Origin: Candidatus Magasanikbacteria bacterium RIFOXYC2_FULL_42_28
Lineage (GTDB): Bacteria; Patescibacteriota; Patescibacteriia; Magasanikbacterales; GWA2-37-8
Direction of reading: 5' to 3'
Length of the DNA: 64,000 nucleotides
Assembly: GCA_001784435.1 (NCBI GenBank)
Contig: MFQZ01000010.1
Coordinates: forward strand, 18,917 to 82,916
Part shown: positions 45,640 to 54,340 of the stretch, one piece after another
Position numbering within the stretch: position 1 is the stretch's first letter
Layout of the letters: each line of letters opens with the position of its first letter
Position numbers and translations under genes: made by a program
The notes under the pieces: model-generated
Databases searched by the model: none
Told to the model about the DNA's origin: nothing
Seen by the model: only the letters and a program-made list of their open reading frames with translations

Positions 45640-46242
45640 ATGACGAACGATACTAATACTAACAATCAAGCCGGCGGTAATTCCGCGCCTCGTAAATCAG
45701 GCGGTTTTGGCGGTCGCGGTCGGGGCGGTAAAGGTGGACGTCCGGAAAGAGAAAAAAGTGAATTTGATTCCAATATTTTGGATTTGTCCCGCGTTACGCG
45801 CGTTACCGAAGGTGGTAAGCAGTTAAGTTTTCGCGCTTTGGTAGTAGTTGGTGATCGTCGCGGTCGAGTGGGGTTTGGTTTGGAAAAAGGTAAGGATGTG
45901 CAAATTGGGGTGGATAAAGCCACTCGTCAGGCCAAAAAACATTTGATTAAAGTGCCGATGCAAAATGAAACTATTCCGCATCGAATAATTTGTAAATTTA
46001 AGGCGGCCAAAGTTATGTTGGGTCCGGCTCCGCGCGGTTCCGGTATTATCGCCGGTGGCGCGGTGCGCGTGGTGCTTGAATTAGCGGGCGTGCCCAATGT
46101 TACTTCTAAAATTTTAGGCCACACTAAAAATAAAGTGGCGATTGTGAAAGCGACTTTTGGCGCTTTGGAACAATTGTTCCCGGTGCGAGTTAAAGCCGAC
46201 CTGGCGCCAAAAAAGGCGACAGTGGAAAAAATTAAAGAATAA
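45640..46242 (+). CDS. rpsE: 30S ribosomal protein S5 with a Gly/Arg-rich N-terminal extension
   Basis: DLSRVTRVTEGGKQLSFRALVVVGDRRGRVGFGLEKGKDVQIGVDKA. rplO follows 5 nt later, leaving no room for rpmD. Confidence 0.95.
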   Translation: MTNDTNTNNQAGGNSAPRKSGGFGGRGRGGKGGRPEREKSEFDSNILDLSRVTRVTEGGKQLSFRALVVVGDRRGRVGFGLEKGKDVQIGVDKATRQAKKHLIKVPMQNETIPHRIICKFKAAKVMLGPAPRGSGIIAGGAVRVVLELAGVPNVTSKILGHTKNKVAIVKATFGALEQLFPVRVKADLAPKKATVEKIKE

Positions 46243-46247
46243 ATTTT

Positions 46248-46688
46248 ATGGCATTATTAATCCATACTTTAAAACCGGCTCACGGCGCCAAACATTCTAA
46301 AAAGAAAGTTGGACGCGGTAACGCCTCCGGACACGGTACTTATTCCGGTCATGGCGGTAAAGGCCAAACAGCCCGCTCCGGTGGCGGTCGTGGTTTGAAA
46401 TTAAAAGCGTTTAAACGCCAAATGCAAGCTACTCCGAAATTGGGCGGTTTTAAGAGTTTTAAGACCAAGCCGACCGAAGTTTATTTAGCTGATTTGGAAT
46501 TAAAATTCAATGCTGGCGATACAGTTACTTTGGTGACCTTGCTTGAGAAAAAATTAATCAAAACCAAAGATCGCGCCGCGAAAATCTTAAGCACGGGCGA
46601 GCTGACCAAAAAATTAACCATAGAAGGAGTAAAATGCACCGCTACGGCTACTGAAGCGATTAAGAAAGCGGGTGGCACAGTCGCGTAA
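46248..46688 (+). CDS. rplO: 50S ribosomal protein L15
   Basis: KKKVGRGNASGHGTYSGHGGKGQTARSGGG. Confidence 0.95.
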   Translation: MALLIHTLKPAHGAKHSKKKVGRGNASGHGTYSGHGGKGQTARSGGGRGLKLKAFKRQMQATPKLGGFKSFKTKPTEVYLADLELKFNAGDTVTLVTLLEKKLIKTKDRAAKILSTGELTKKLTIEGVKCTATATEAIKKAGGTVA

Positions 46689-46699
46689 AATTAAACGCT

Positions 46700-47974
46700 A
46701 TGTGGGATAAAATTACCCAAGTTTGGAAAATTAAAGATGTTCGCAACAACATCTTATTTGTGTTAGGCATGTTGACGATTTTTCGTTTGGTGGCTCATAT
46801 TCCAATTCCGGGCGTGAACCTGGAAAATTTGCGGTATTTTTTTGAAAGCAACCAAGTGCTGGGCATGTTGAATTTGTTTTCCGGTGGCACGATGGAAAAT
46901 TTTTCGATTGTGATGTTGGGAGTGGCGCCATATATTACTTCGTCCATTATTTTTCAATTACTCGCGATGATTGTGCCAAAGTTGGAAGAAATGACCAAAG
47001 AAGGCGAAAGTGGCCAGCAAAAAATCAACATGTATACGCGCTATTTGGCGGTGCCGTTGGCGTTTTTACAGTCCTTTGGCATGATTAAATTGTTAAATAA
47101 TTCGTCTCGTCCGATTTTAGGGGACATTAGCGGTTTTCAAATTTTCATTATCATGTTAACGATTACCGCCGGCACGATGTTTTTGGTTTGGATTGGTGAA
47201 CTAATTACCGAAAAGAAAGTTGGCAATGGTATTTCATTGTTGATTTTTGCCGGTATCGTTTCTAGCATTCCGACCGTTTTGCGCAACGCGTTTGTTAACT
47301 ACACTCCTTCCGATTTTTATACTTTTGTCGCGTTCGCGGCAGTGGTGCTTGCGACAGTTGTCGGGGTGGTATTTATTAGCGAGGGCCAGCGCAATATCCC
47401 GGTTAATTATGCCAAACAAGTGCGCGGTAATCGCGTTTATGGCGGTTCTTCCACCCACTTGCCTTTGCGCGTTAACATGGCCGGCGTGATTCCGATTATC
47501 TTTGCGATTTCTTTAGTGATGTTTCCGCCGATGGTCGCTCAATTTTTTACCGGTAGCGCCTCACCATGGCTCGCGCAATTAGCGGTATCAACTATTCAAA
47601 TTTTCCAAAATCAAACTGTTTACGCGGTTTTGTATTTCTTGTTAGTATTTGGTTTTACTTTTTTCTATACCGCTGTTATTTTTCATCCGCAAAAAATTTC
47701 CGAGAATTTACAGCGTCAAGGTGGTTTTATTCCGGGTATTCGTCCGGGTACAGAGACCGAAGCGTATTTAAAATCCACGATGAGTCGCATCAATTTAATC
47801 GGCGCGTTGTTTTTGGGAGCGATTGCCATATTACCACTCGTAGTTACCGGATTTTCCGGTTCGCAAGTGTTCCAAGTGGGCGGTACTTCGATGTTAATCG
47901 TGGTAGCCGTAGCCATTGAAACAGCCAAACAAATTGAGGCGCAGGTGACGATGCATGAATATGATCGAATTTAA
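46700..47974 (+). CDS. secY: preprotein translocase subunit SecY
   Basis: 424 aa, ten TM segments, LFSGGTMENFSIVMLGVAPYITSSIIFQLL plug/TM2 signature. Confidence 0.95.
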   Translation: MWDKITQVWKIKDVRNNILFVLGMLTIFRLVAHIPIPGVNLENLRYFFESNQVLGMLNLFSGGTMENFSIVMLGVAPYITSSIIFQLLAMIVPKLEEMTKEGESGQQKINMYTRYLAVPLAFLQSFGMIKLLNNSSRPILGDISGFQIFIIMLTITAGTMFLVWIGELITEKKVGNGISLLIFAGIVSSIPTVLRNAFVNYTPSDFYTFVAFAAVVLATVVGVVFISEGQRNIPVNYAKQVRGNRVYGGSSTHLPLRVNMAGVIPIIFAISLVMFPPMVAQFFTGSASPWLAQLAVSTIQIFQNQTVYAVLYFLLVFGFTFFYTAVIFHPQKISENLQRQGGFIPGIRPGTETEAYLKSTMSRINLIGALFLGAIAILPLVVTGFSGSQVFQVGGTSMLIVVAVAIETAKQIEAQVTMHEYDRI

Positions 47975-48007
47975 ATGTTTAGTAGTTTACTAGTTTAATT
48001 GTTTATT

Positions 48008-48037
48008 ACCAAGGCCGGCTAAGTAGCTGGCTTTTTT
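48008..48037 (+). terminator. intrinsic terminator after secY
   Basis: accaaggccggctaagtagctggc followed by ttttttaat. Confidence 0.65.
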
Positions 48038-48150
48038 AATGTCAAATTTCCAATTTCCAATGTCAAATCAAATCCAAAGCTCAAATTACAAATTTGGCAT
48101 TTTAATTTTGACATTGATTTGACATTGGAAATTTAGATTTTGAAATTATT
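48038..48150. repeat. palindromic MITE-like element, copy D (family P1)
   Basis: aatgtcaaatttccaatttccaatgtcaaatcaaatccaaagctcaaattacaaatttggcattttaattttgacattgatttgacattggaaatttagattttgaaattatt. Confidence 0.85.
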
Positions 48151-48163
48151 GGACGATATTGCC

Positions 48164-48189
48164 AAACGGCTAGTATTTATGCTATAATT
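48164..48189 (+). promoter_or_regulatory. candidate adk promoter (TTGCCA ... TATAAT, 19-nt spacer)
   Basis: ttgccaaacggctagtatttatgctataat. Confidence 0.4.
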
Positions 48190-48211
48190 TCAACATAATT
48201 AACCACTTTTC

Positions 48212-48874
48212 ATGAAGAAAATAATAATTCTATTCGGCCCACCTGGGTCGGGCAAAGGCACACAGGCCAAGTTATTGGCGCAAAAAACCGGTTATACTCA
48301 TATCTCCACCGGTGATTTATTGCGTTCTTTGGGCGCGCGTGAAGATTTAAGCGCGGAGGAGATTAGGGCGCTTCATATTATGCAAGCCGGTGAACTCGTG
48401 CCCGACAAAGTTATTTATGATTTGGTATTTGCGGTTATTGAAAATAATTTAAAAAATGGTACCGGCGTGATTTTAGATGGGGCCATTCGTAATTTGGAGC
48501 AGGCGCGCGCGTATCAGGATTTTTTTGTTAAAAATAATTGGGAGAATGAAATTTTGGCGCTGACTTTGGTTTTAACAGACGAAGAATCAGCTCGTCGTTT
48601 AACCACGCGTCTCGTGTGTCAAAAATGCGGTGAGATCTATCGTAACGATGGTAAAAATTCAGTTTGTAAAAAATGTGGCGCGCAATTGACCGTGCGCCCT
48701 GATGATGATTTTGGGTCTGTGAAAAAACGCCTGAAAGCGCAAGGAAATGCCGCCCTGGCCCCAATTTTGGCTTTTTACGAGGCGTTGGGGGTGTTGCGCT
48801 ATGTTGGCGGCTTAGGCACCATTGATAAGGTAAAAACAGCGTTAGAAGAGGTTTTAGAAGTAGCGGACAAGTAG
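48212..48874 (+). CDS. adk: adenylate kinase (zinc-lid type)
   Basis: IILFGPPGSGKGTQAKLLA, with lid cysteines CQKCGEIY...CKKCGAQL. Confidence 0.95.
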   Translation: MKKIIILFGPPGSGKGTQAKLLAQKTGYTHISTGDLLRSLGAREDLSAEEIRALHIMQAGELVPDKVIYDLVFAVIENNLKNGTGVILDGAIRNLEQARAYQDFFVKNNWENEILALTLVLTDEESARRLTTRLVCQKCGEIYRNDGKNSVCKKCGAQLTVRPDDDFGSVKKRLKAQGNAALAPILAFYEALGVLRYVGGLGTIDKVKTALEEVLEVADK

Positions 48875-48885
48875 TATATTTTTTG

Positions 48886-48925
48886 AATTTGTTTAGGATT
48901 TAGTGTTTAGAATTTAGAGTTTATT
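48886..48925. repeat. heptamer-based spacer repeat, copy 3
   Basis: aatttgtttaggatttagtgtttagaatttagagtttatt, between adk and map. Confidence 0.65.
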
Positions 48926-48931
48926 AATCGT

Positions 48932-49744
48932 ATGGCTTATATCAAAACCAGACAAGAAATAAATTTAATTTTACAGGGCGGTAAAAAGATGGGCAAAATT
49001 TTGGAGGACTTGGGAAAATTAGCCAAACCCGGAATATCGGCGTATGAGTTGGATTTGATTTCGGAAAAAATGATTATCGCGTCCGGTGGGGTGCCGGCGT
49101 TTAAGGGCTATCAAGGTCGGAAATCCGATCCGCCATTTCCATCCACCACTTGCATGTCCGTTAACGAAGAATTAGTGCACGGCGTGGCGCGGAAAAATTT
49201 AATTTTAAAAGAGGGTGATATTTTTAGTTTGGATATTGGAATGGAATACCCTGTGAATAAAAAAAATAAATCGGGATATTTTACCGATACGGCGATTACT
49301 TTAATTGTGGGTGATAAAAAACCAATTCCCGAGGTGGAAAAATTATTGCGGGTTACGAAAGAAGCATTGGAAGTGGGGATTAAGGCGGCAGTGCCGGGCG
49401 CGCCCGTGTCGGCGATTGGTAAGGCAATTGAGCAATACGTCAATTCACAGGGCAAATACGGCATTGTACGCGACCTCGTGGGCCATGGCGTGGGTCACGC
49501 GGTGCACGAGGACCCGAGAGTGCCGAATTATTATGATAAACGCTTGGATCATTTTATATTAAAACCTGGCATGGTAATCGCCATTGAACCGATGATATCT
49601 TTGGGCGGTTATGAAATTGTGACGGCTGATGACGGTTGGACAATTTCAATGGCCGACTCGTCGCTGTGCGCTCATTTTGAACATACGCTGGTGATTACGG
49701 AAAAAGGAAATAAGGTCGCAACAAGGCGACCGAGTGAAAAATAA
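48932..49744 (+). CDS. map: methionine aminopeptidase type I
   Basis: pita-bread fold motifs. FKGYQGRKSDPPFPSTTCMSVNEELVHGV, DIGMEY, GHGVGHAVHEDP. Confidence 0.95.
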   Translation: MAYIKTRQEINLILQGGKKMGKILEDLGKLAKPGISAYELDLISEKMIIASGGVPAFKGYQGRKSDPPFPSTTCMSVNEELVHGVARKNLILKEGDIFSLDIGMEYPVNKKNKSGYFTDTAITLIVGDKKPIPEVEKLLRVTKEALEVGIKAAVPGAPVSAIGKAIEQYVNSQGKYGIVRDLVGHGVGHAVHEDPRVPNYYDKRLDHFILKPGMVIAIEPMISLGGYEIVTADDGWTISMADSSLCAHFEHTLVITEKGNKVATRRPSEK

Positions 49745-49745
49745 T

Positions 49746-50129
49746 ATGAATATTCTCGCTCTTGATTATGGACAAAAAAATATCGGTTTGGCGTGGTGTG
49801 ATACCGGCATTGGCGCGCCATTGCCGTTTGGGGTTATTAAGGGTGGAGATTTTGCCGAATTAGTAAAAGTTATTAAAACCGAAAATATCGATAAAGTAAT
49901 TATTGGTTTGCCTTTGGGAATGGACGGTAAAGAAAAAGCCAATACGGCGCGCGTGCGTGAATTTGGCGAGCAATTAAAAAAACAAATTACCGCGTCGGTA
50001 GAATTTTTTGATGAGCGGTTTTCTTCGCAACAAGCGGACCGCAGTGAAGGAGGAGTATCAAGAGACGAGAAGTCGGCGATGATTATTTTAGAAAGCTATT
50101 TAGCCAGTGTAAAAAATTCCAAACTCTAA
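49746..50129 (+). CDS. ruvX: YqgF/RuvX Holliday-junction-resolvase-like putative pre-16S rRNA nuclease
   Basis: MNILALDYGQKNIGLAWCD...KVIIGLPLGMDGKE. RNase H-like fold motifs. ATG at 49746. Confidence 0.75.
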   Translation: MNILALDYGQKNIGLAWCDTGIGAPLPFGVIKGGDFAELVKVIKTENIDKVIIGLPLGMDGKEKANTARVREFGEQLKKQITASVEFFDERFSSQQADRSEGGVSRDEKSAMIILESYLASVKNSKL

Positions 50130-50242
50130 ATACTAAACTCTAAACAAATCCAAATGTTTTAAACTCAAAGTTTTGTTCATTTGAATTTAAAGTTTTGAAC
50201 TTGTTTAGAATTTAGGGTTTAGTATTTAGTGTTTTATGTTGT
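50121..50242. repeat. long palindromic heptamer-array spacer (copy 4): CTAAATACTAAACTCTAAACAAATCCAAA ... TTTGAACTTGTTTAGAATTTAGGGTTTAGTATTTAG
   Basis: The two arms are reverse complements built from TTTAGAG/TTTAGTA/TTTAGAA 7-mers. Lies between ruvX and recO. Confidence 0.7.
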
Positions 50243-50772
50243 GTATTGTTTTATCCCGTCGTGATATCCGCGAATTTGATCAGCTGATTACCTTTTACTC
50301 GCGTGACCAAGGCAAAATTGAAGTTTTGGCGCGCGGGATTAAAAAAATTTTAAGTAAAAATTCCGCGTCGCTTGCTCCCGGCAATGTTGTGGAAGCGGAA
50401 ATTATCGCTGGTAAAGAAAATTATATTCTGGGCGGGGTGGAACTATGGCAAAGTTTTAATGAGCACCGCCATAATTTACAAAGCCGACTTTTTTTACAAT
50501 GGAGTTTGTCTTTCGCGTCGGTGTTTTGCGCCAAAGAATTACCGGACGCGATGATGTTTAAATTGTTATATCGTTGGCTCAAATTTTTAAACCGTTCGGC
50601 TTCGCCGACAATATTAGCCGCCGATCACTTTGCCCGGCGGGTGCTGGAATTGTCCGGTTTTGATCCTAATCATGATAAAAAAATAACCAATCATAAGTCA
50701 TTATATACTTTCGCGATTTATCACGCCGAAAAGCATTTAGGTGATTGGGGAAATATGTTAATAATTTACTAA
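50236..50772 (+). CDS. recO: DNA repair protein RecO (short form)
   Basis: N-terminal OB-fold pattern IVLSRRDIREFDQLITFYSRDQGKIEVLARGIKK matches the RecO N-domain. 178 aa. Confidence 0.6.
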   Translation: MLCIVLSRRDIREFDQLITFYSRDQGKIEVLARGIKKILSKNSASLAPGNVVEAEIIAGKENYILGGVELWQSFNEHRHNLQSRLFLQWSLSFASVFCAKELPDAMMFKLLYRWLKFLNRSASPTILAADHFARRVLELSGFDPNHDKKITNHKSLYTFAIYHAEKHLGDWGNMLIIY

Positions 50773-50891
50773 GGCCTAATTTACTAATTAACTAATAAAA
50801 TTTCAAATTATTAAATTTATAAATTAGGCATTGGAAATTTTATTAGATATTAGCGAATTAGTTAATTTAAATCGTATATTAAACCTATTAT

Positions 50892-52184
50892 ATGTCAACA
50901 TTTATCAAAGATTTATCTATCAAAGTCGGAGAGTTAGTAACTATCTCTGGTTGGCTGTATAACAAGCGTGGAAGTGGGCCGTTACAATTTTTAGAATTGC
51001 GTGATGGCACTGGTTGGACACAAGCGGTCGCGGCGAAAAAGGATTTGTCAGAGGCGGTTTGGTCGGCGACTGAAAGTGTTGGCCAAGAATCATCGGTAGA
51101 AGTTACCGGTGTCGTGGCTAAACACCCGAAAAAGGAAAATGTTTTTGAATTACAAGTAACCGATTTTAAAATTTTACAAAACGCGGTTGATTACCCAATC
51201 GCGCTTAAAGACCACGGGCCGGATTTTTTAATGGACAATCGGCATTTGTGGTTGCGTAGCAAAAAACAATGGGCAATTTTGCGCGTACGTGATGCGATTA
51301 TCATGGCGATTAATGAATATTTGCATCAGGAAAATTTTATCAAGACTGATTCACCAGTATTTACGCCCAATGCTTGTGAGGGTACAACTACATTGTTTAA
51401 AGTACCATATTTTGATTTGGGCGATGCGTTTCTTTCTCAGTCCGGTCAACTATATATTGAAGCGGCGATTATGTCAGTTGGGCGTTGTTATGATTTTGGG
51501 CCGGTATTCCGTGCAGAAAAATCAAAAACCAAACGTCATTTAACCGAATTTTGGATAATGGATGCCGAAGCCGCATTTGTGGAGCACGAAGAGCATCTGA
51601 AAATTCAAGAGGGTTTGGTACGTCATATTATTCGCTATTGTTTAACTCATTGCGTTGAAGAATTAGCAGTGTTGGAGCGTGATACGGCCAAATTAAAATT
51701 AGCCGACGCGCCGTTTACGCGTTACACTTATGACGAAGCGATTAAAAAATTAAATGAATTGGGTAGTGATATTAAATATGGCGAGGATTTGGGCAATGAT
51801 GACGAAGGAATTTTGACCAAAGACAGCGTCGTGCCGGTGTTTATTGAAAAATGGCCAAAATCAATTAAGCCATTTTATATGAAGCGCGATCCGGAAAACG
51901 CGGATAGAGTTTTAAACGATGATTTAATCGCGACCGACGGTGGGGGAGAATTAATCGGTGGCAGTCAGCGCGAAGATGATCACGATTTGTTATTGGAAAG
52001 AATCAAAGCCGAAGGATTAAATGTTGCCGATTATCAGTGGTATTTGGATTTGCGCAAATTTGGCAGCGTGCCCCATTCTGGCTTTGGCATTGGTTTAGAG
52101 CGCGCCGTGCGTTGGATTTGCGGGGTAGAGCATATTCGCGAGTGTATTCCGTTTCCGCGGACAATTGGGAGGTTGAGACCGTAA
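50892..52184 (+). CDS. asnS: class IIb aminoacyl-tRNA synthetase, asparaginyl-tRNA synthetase-like (archaeal-type AspRS not excluded)
   Basis: N-terminal OB anticodon-binding domain. Motif 2 FRAEKSKTKRHLTEFWIMDAEAAF. Motif 3 GFGIGLERAV. 430 aa. Confidence 0.7.
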   Translation: MSTFIKDLSIKVGELVTISGWLYNKRGSGPLQFLELRDGTGWTQAVAAKKDLSEAVWSATESVGQESSVEVTGVVAKHPKKENVFELQVTDFKILQNAVDYPIALKDHGPDFLMDNRHLWLRSKKQWAILRVRDAIIMAINEYLHQENFIKTDSPVFTPNACEGTTTLFKVPYFDLGDAFLSQSGQLYIEAAIMSVGRCYDFGPVFRAEKSKTKRHLTEFWIMDAEAAFVEHEEHLKIQEGLVRHIIRYCLTHCVEELAVLERDTAKLKLADAPFTRYTYDEAIKKLNELGSDIKYGEDLGNDDEGILTKDSVVPVFIEKWPKSIKPFYMKRDPENADRVLNDDLIATDGGGELIGGSQREDDHDLLLERIKAEGLNVADYQWYLDLRKFGSVPHSGFGIGLERAVRWICGVEHIRECIPFPRTIGRLRP

Positions 52185-53201
52185 TTATTTTATATTTAAA
52201 ATCGCCACCTCTGGCATTAAGCCAAAGCGAATAGGCGCGGCGCTTTCGCCAGCTCCGACCGTGGTAAAAATCGGAATGTTGTTGTAGTATTTTAGTCCGC
52301 GATAAAAATTTCGGTGCATTTTGATTTCCGCGCTCACTACCGGCCCCAGGCCCGGCAAATGAATTTGTCCGCCATGCGTGTGGCCGGTCAAAACTAAGTC
52401 CGGTTTTTTAAGTTCCGTTGGCCAGTGTAAGACGCCGTCGGGGTTATGAGTTAAGAAAATCAAGGGCGTGGTTTTATCCCAATTTTTTAATTCGTCAAAA
52501 TTAATTTGTCCGCCCCATAAATCATCCAGTCCAAAAATACAAATATCGCGATTCGGTAATTTGAGACGTTCCAATTTATTTTTTAAAAGCGGAATTTTTA
52601 ATTTGGCCATTTGGTCGGCTAATACCGGCGCGCGGTTTTCAAACATCATTACGCCTGGCCGGCCGGCACCATATTCGTGGTTGCCCATTACATAATATAT
52701 TGGGAAGCGACCGACCAGTTGCCCGAATGGCGCCATAAAGGCGCTTTCGTTTTCGTCCGTGCCTTCATTATCAATCAAGTCGCCCCCTAACAGTACCAAA
52801 TCCGGGTTCTCGGCAGTAATTTTGTCCACAATTTTTTGCGACCATTTGGTTTTTTTAAGCGACATGCCGAGTTGCAAATCAGCCACAAAAGCAATTTTTA
52901 ATCCGGCGAGCGCGCTTATTTTTATTTTTTTGCGGTGGATAAATAAAAAGTGCGGGGTGGCAAAGGCGACAATTAGTAATATCAGCCCCAGTATCTCCAA
53001 ATATCCGGAAATCATATTAGCCAATAAAAAAATGGCGCCCACAATAAACAGGGTGATAACATGGTAAATCCGCATACGGTAATGACCCAGCCGAACGGTC
53101 GGATGTTTGCGCTCGCGGTATAAAAATATAAACGCGATAATAGCGGTGACAAAGTAGGTATAAGTTAAAATTTGCGCGATATTCATACTAAAATAGGGCA
53201 T
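52185..53201 (-). CDS. membrane-anchored metallophosphoesterase (calcineurin-like)
   Basis: Three N-terminal TM helices. GDLIDNEG, GNHEYG and GHTHGGQI metal-binding motifs. Confidence 0.8.
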   Translation of the reverse strand: MPYFSMNIAQILTYTYFVTAIIAFIFLYRERKHPTVRLGHYRMRIYHVITLFIVGAIFLLANMISGYLEILGLILLIVAFATPHFLFIHRKKIKISALAGLKIAFVADLQLGMSLKKTKWSQKIVDKITAENPDLVLLGGDLIDNEGTDENESAFMAPFGQLVGRFPIYYVMGNHEYGAGRPGVMMFENRAPVLADQMAKLKIPLLKNKLERLKLPNRDICIFGLDDLWGGQINFDELKNWDKTTPLIFLTHNPDGVLHWPTELKKPDLVLTGHTHGGQIHLPGLGPVVSAEIKMHRNFYRGLKYYNNIPIFTTVGAGESAAPIRFGLMPEVAILNIK

Positions 53202-53294
53202 TAATTATTATATACCATAAGGTGTTTTTTGACAATATTAGAGCTTGATTTTTTGTCTAATTTATGCTATAATAACAGTATAATGATCTTAAAT

Positions 53295-53501
53295 ATGCGC
53301 AATTGGAGCACGGATTTGAAGGAATTAAAGAAGGATAAAAAGCAATATACCATTTGGCGCTTGGAGCAATTGGTGAATTTTGGTTTGGGTAAAGAAAAAT
53401 TAAGTCGGAAACAACTAGTGGATAATTGGTCGGTTTTACATCTTGATCCAAAAAAGAAAAAATATCTAAAACTTTTGCTATGGGGACAAAGAGTATCCTA
53501 A
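53295..53501 (+). CDS. small protein encoded upstream of, and overlapping, the AbiEii-like toxin gene; candidate antitoxin (short AbiEi-like or unrelated family)
   Basis: 68 aa from the ATG at 53295 (MRNWSTDLKELKK...). Promoter TTGATT-17-TATAAT at 53248-53276. Its 3-prime end overlaps the toxin start by 22 nt. Confidence 0.4.
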   Translation: MRNWSTDLKELKKDKKQYTIWRLEQLVNFGLGKEKLSRKQLVDNWSVLHLDPKKKKYLKLLLWGQRVS

Positions 53502-54142
53502 GCGCGAGACAAACTAAGTTGTTAAATTTAATTGGCGCGCAAAAACAAATCACCAATCATTTTTATCTGGGTGGCGGCACGGCGTTGGCTGAATTTTATT
53601 TGCATCATCGCTATTCCGAGGACTTGGATTTTTTTGCCGAAGAAGAATTTGACGCGCAGTCGGTTTCGGTATTTCTGAAAGACATTTCTAAAGAAATGAA
53701 GATAAAAAAAGTTGATTTTGAACAAAGTTTTAATCGAAATTTATTTTTTTTAGATTTTGGCGGTGAGGTTATTAAGACCGAATTTACCTATTATCCGTTC
53801 CCAAGAATTGAGAAGCGTTTAAAAGTAGGGGAATTGGCAGTGGATAGTTTGTTGGATATCGCGGTAAATAAAATTTTTACAATTTACCAAAAACCGCGCG
53901 CTCGAGATTTTATTGATTTGTATTTTATTATCAAAAAAGAAAAGTGGACGGTGGCGGATTTAGTAAAAAAAGCGAAAGTGAAATTTGATTGGCATGTTGA
54001 TTTACTGCAACTGGGGTCACAGTTTTTGCAGGTTGAAACGGTAAAAGATTATCCACGCCTGATAAAAAAAATAAAGCCGGATGTATGGCAGGAATTTTTT
54101 ATTGATGAGGCGAAGGGGTTGGATGCGAAGATTTTAGAGTAA
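53480..54142 (+). CDS. nucleotidyltransferase AbiEii/AbiGii toxin family protein (type IV toxin-antitoxin / abortive infection)
   Basis: FYLGGGTALAEFYLHHRYSEDLDFF is the DUF1814/AbiEii signature (GGTAL...HRxSxDLDF). Confidence 0.7.
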   Translation: MGTKSILSARQTKLLNLIGAQKQITNHFYLGGGTALAEFYLHHRYSEDLDFFAEEEFDAQSVSVFLKDISKEMKIKKVDFEQSFNRNLFFLDFGGEVIKTEFTYYPFPRIEKRLKVGELAVDSLLDIAVNKIFTIYQKPRARDFIDLYFIIKKEKWTVADLVKKAKVKFDWHVDLLQLGSQFLQVETVKDYPRLIKKIKPDVWQEFFIDEAKGLDAKILE

Positions 54143-54162
54143 AAAGATGTGTCAATATAAAA

Positions 54163-54193
54163 TAGAGATACCATAAATGGCATCTCTATTTTT
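54163..54193 (+). terminator. intrinsic terminator after the AbiEii gene
   Basis: agagataccataaatggcatctct followed by attttttg. It abuts the 3-prime end of tRNA-Leu on the other strand. Confidence 0.7.
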
Positions 54194-54195
54194 TG

Positions 54196-54279
54196 TGCCG
54201 CGAGAGAGAATCGAACTCTCATGACCTTGCGATCGCTGGATTTTGAGTCCAGTGCGTCTACCAGTTCCGCCATCGCGGC
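54196..54279 (-). tRNA. tRNA-Leu (anticodon CAA), type II with long variable arm
   Basis: GCCGCGATGGCGGAACTGGTAGACGCACTGGACTCAAAATCCAGCGATCGCAAGGTCATGAGAGTTCGATTCTCTCTCGCGGCA. 7-bp acceptor stem, CUCAAAA anticodon loop, GTTCGATTC T-loop. CCA is not encoded. Confidence 0.9.
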
Positions 54280-54340
54280 TAATATTCACAAATTATACTA
54301 TTTCTTTGCCACTTTGTCAACAATATGGTATAATATGGCC

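Noticed and set aside
54049-54340. ORF 54049..54273 (MAELVDALDSKSS...) and the long N-terminal extension of the parA ORF from 54221
   Set aside because: AELVDALDSKSS is the classic translation of a tRNA gene. The region is tRNA-Leu(CAA) on the minus strand. parA starts at 54341, immediately after its own -10 box.
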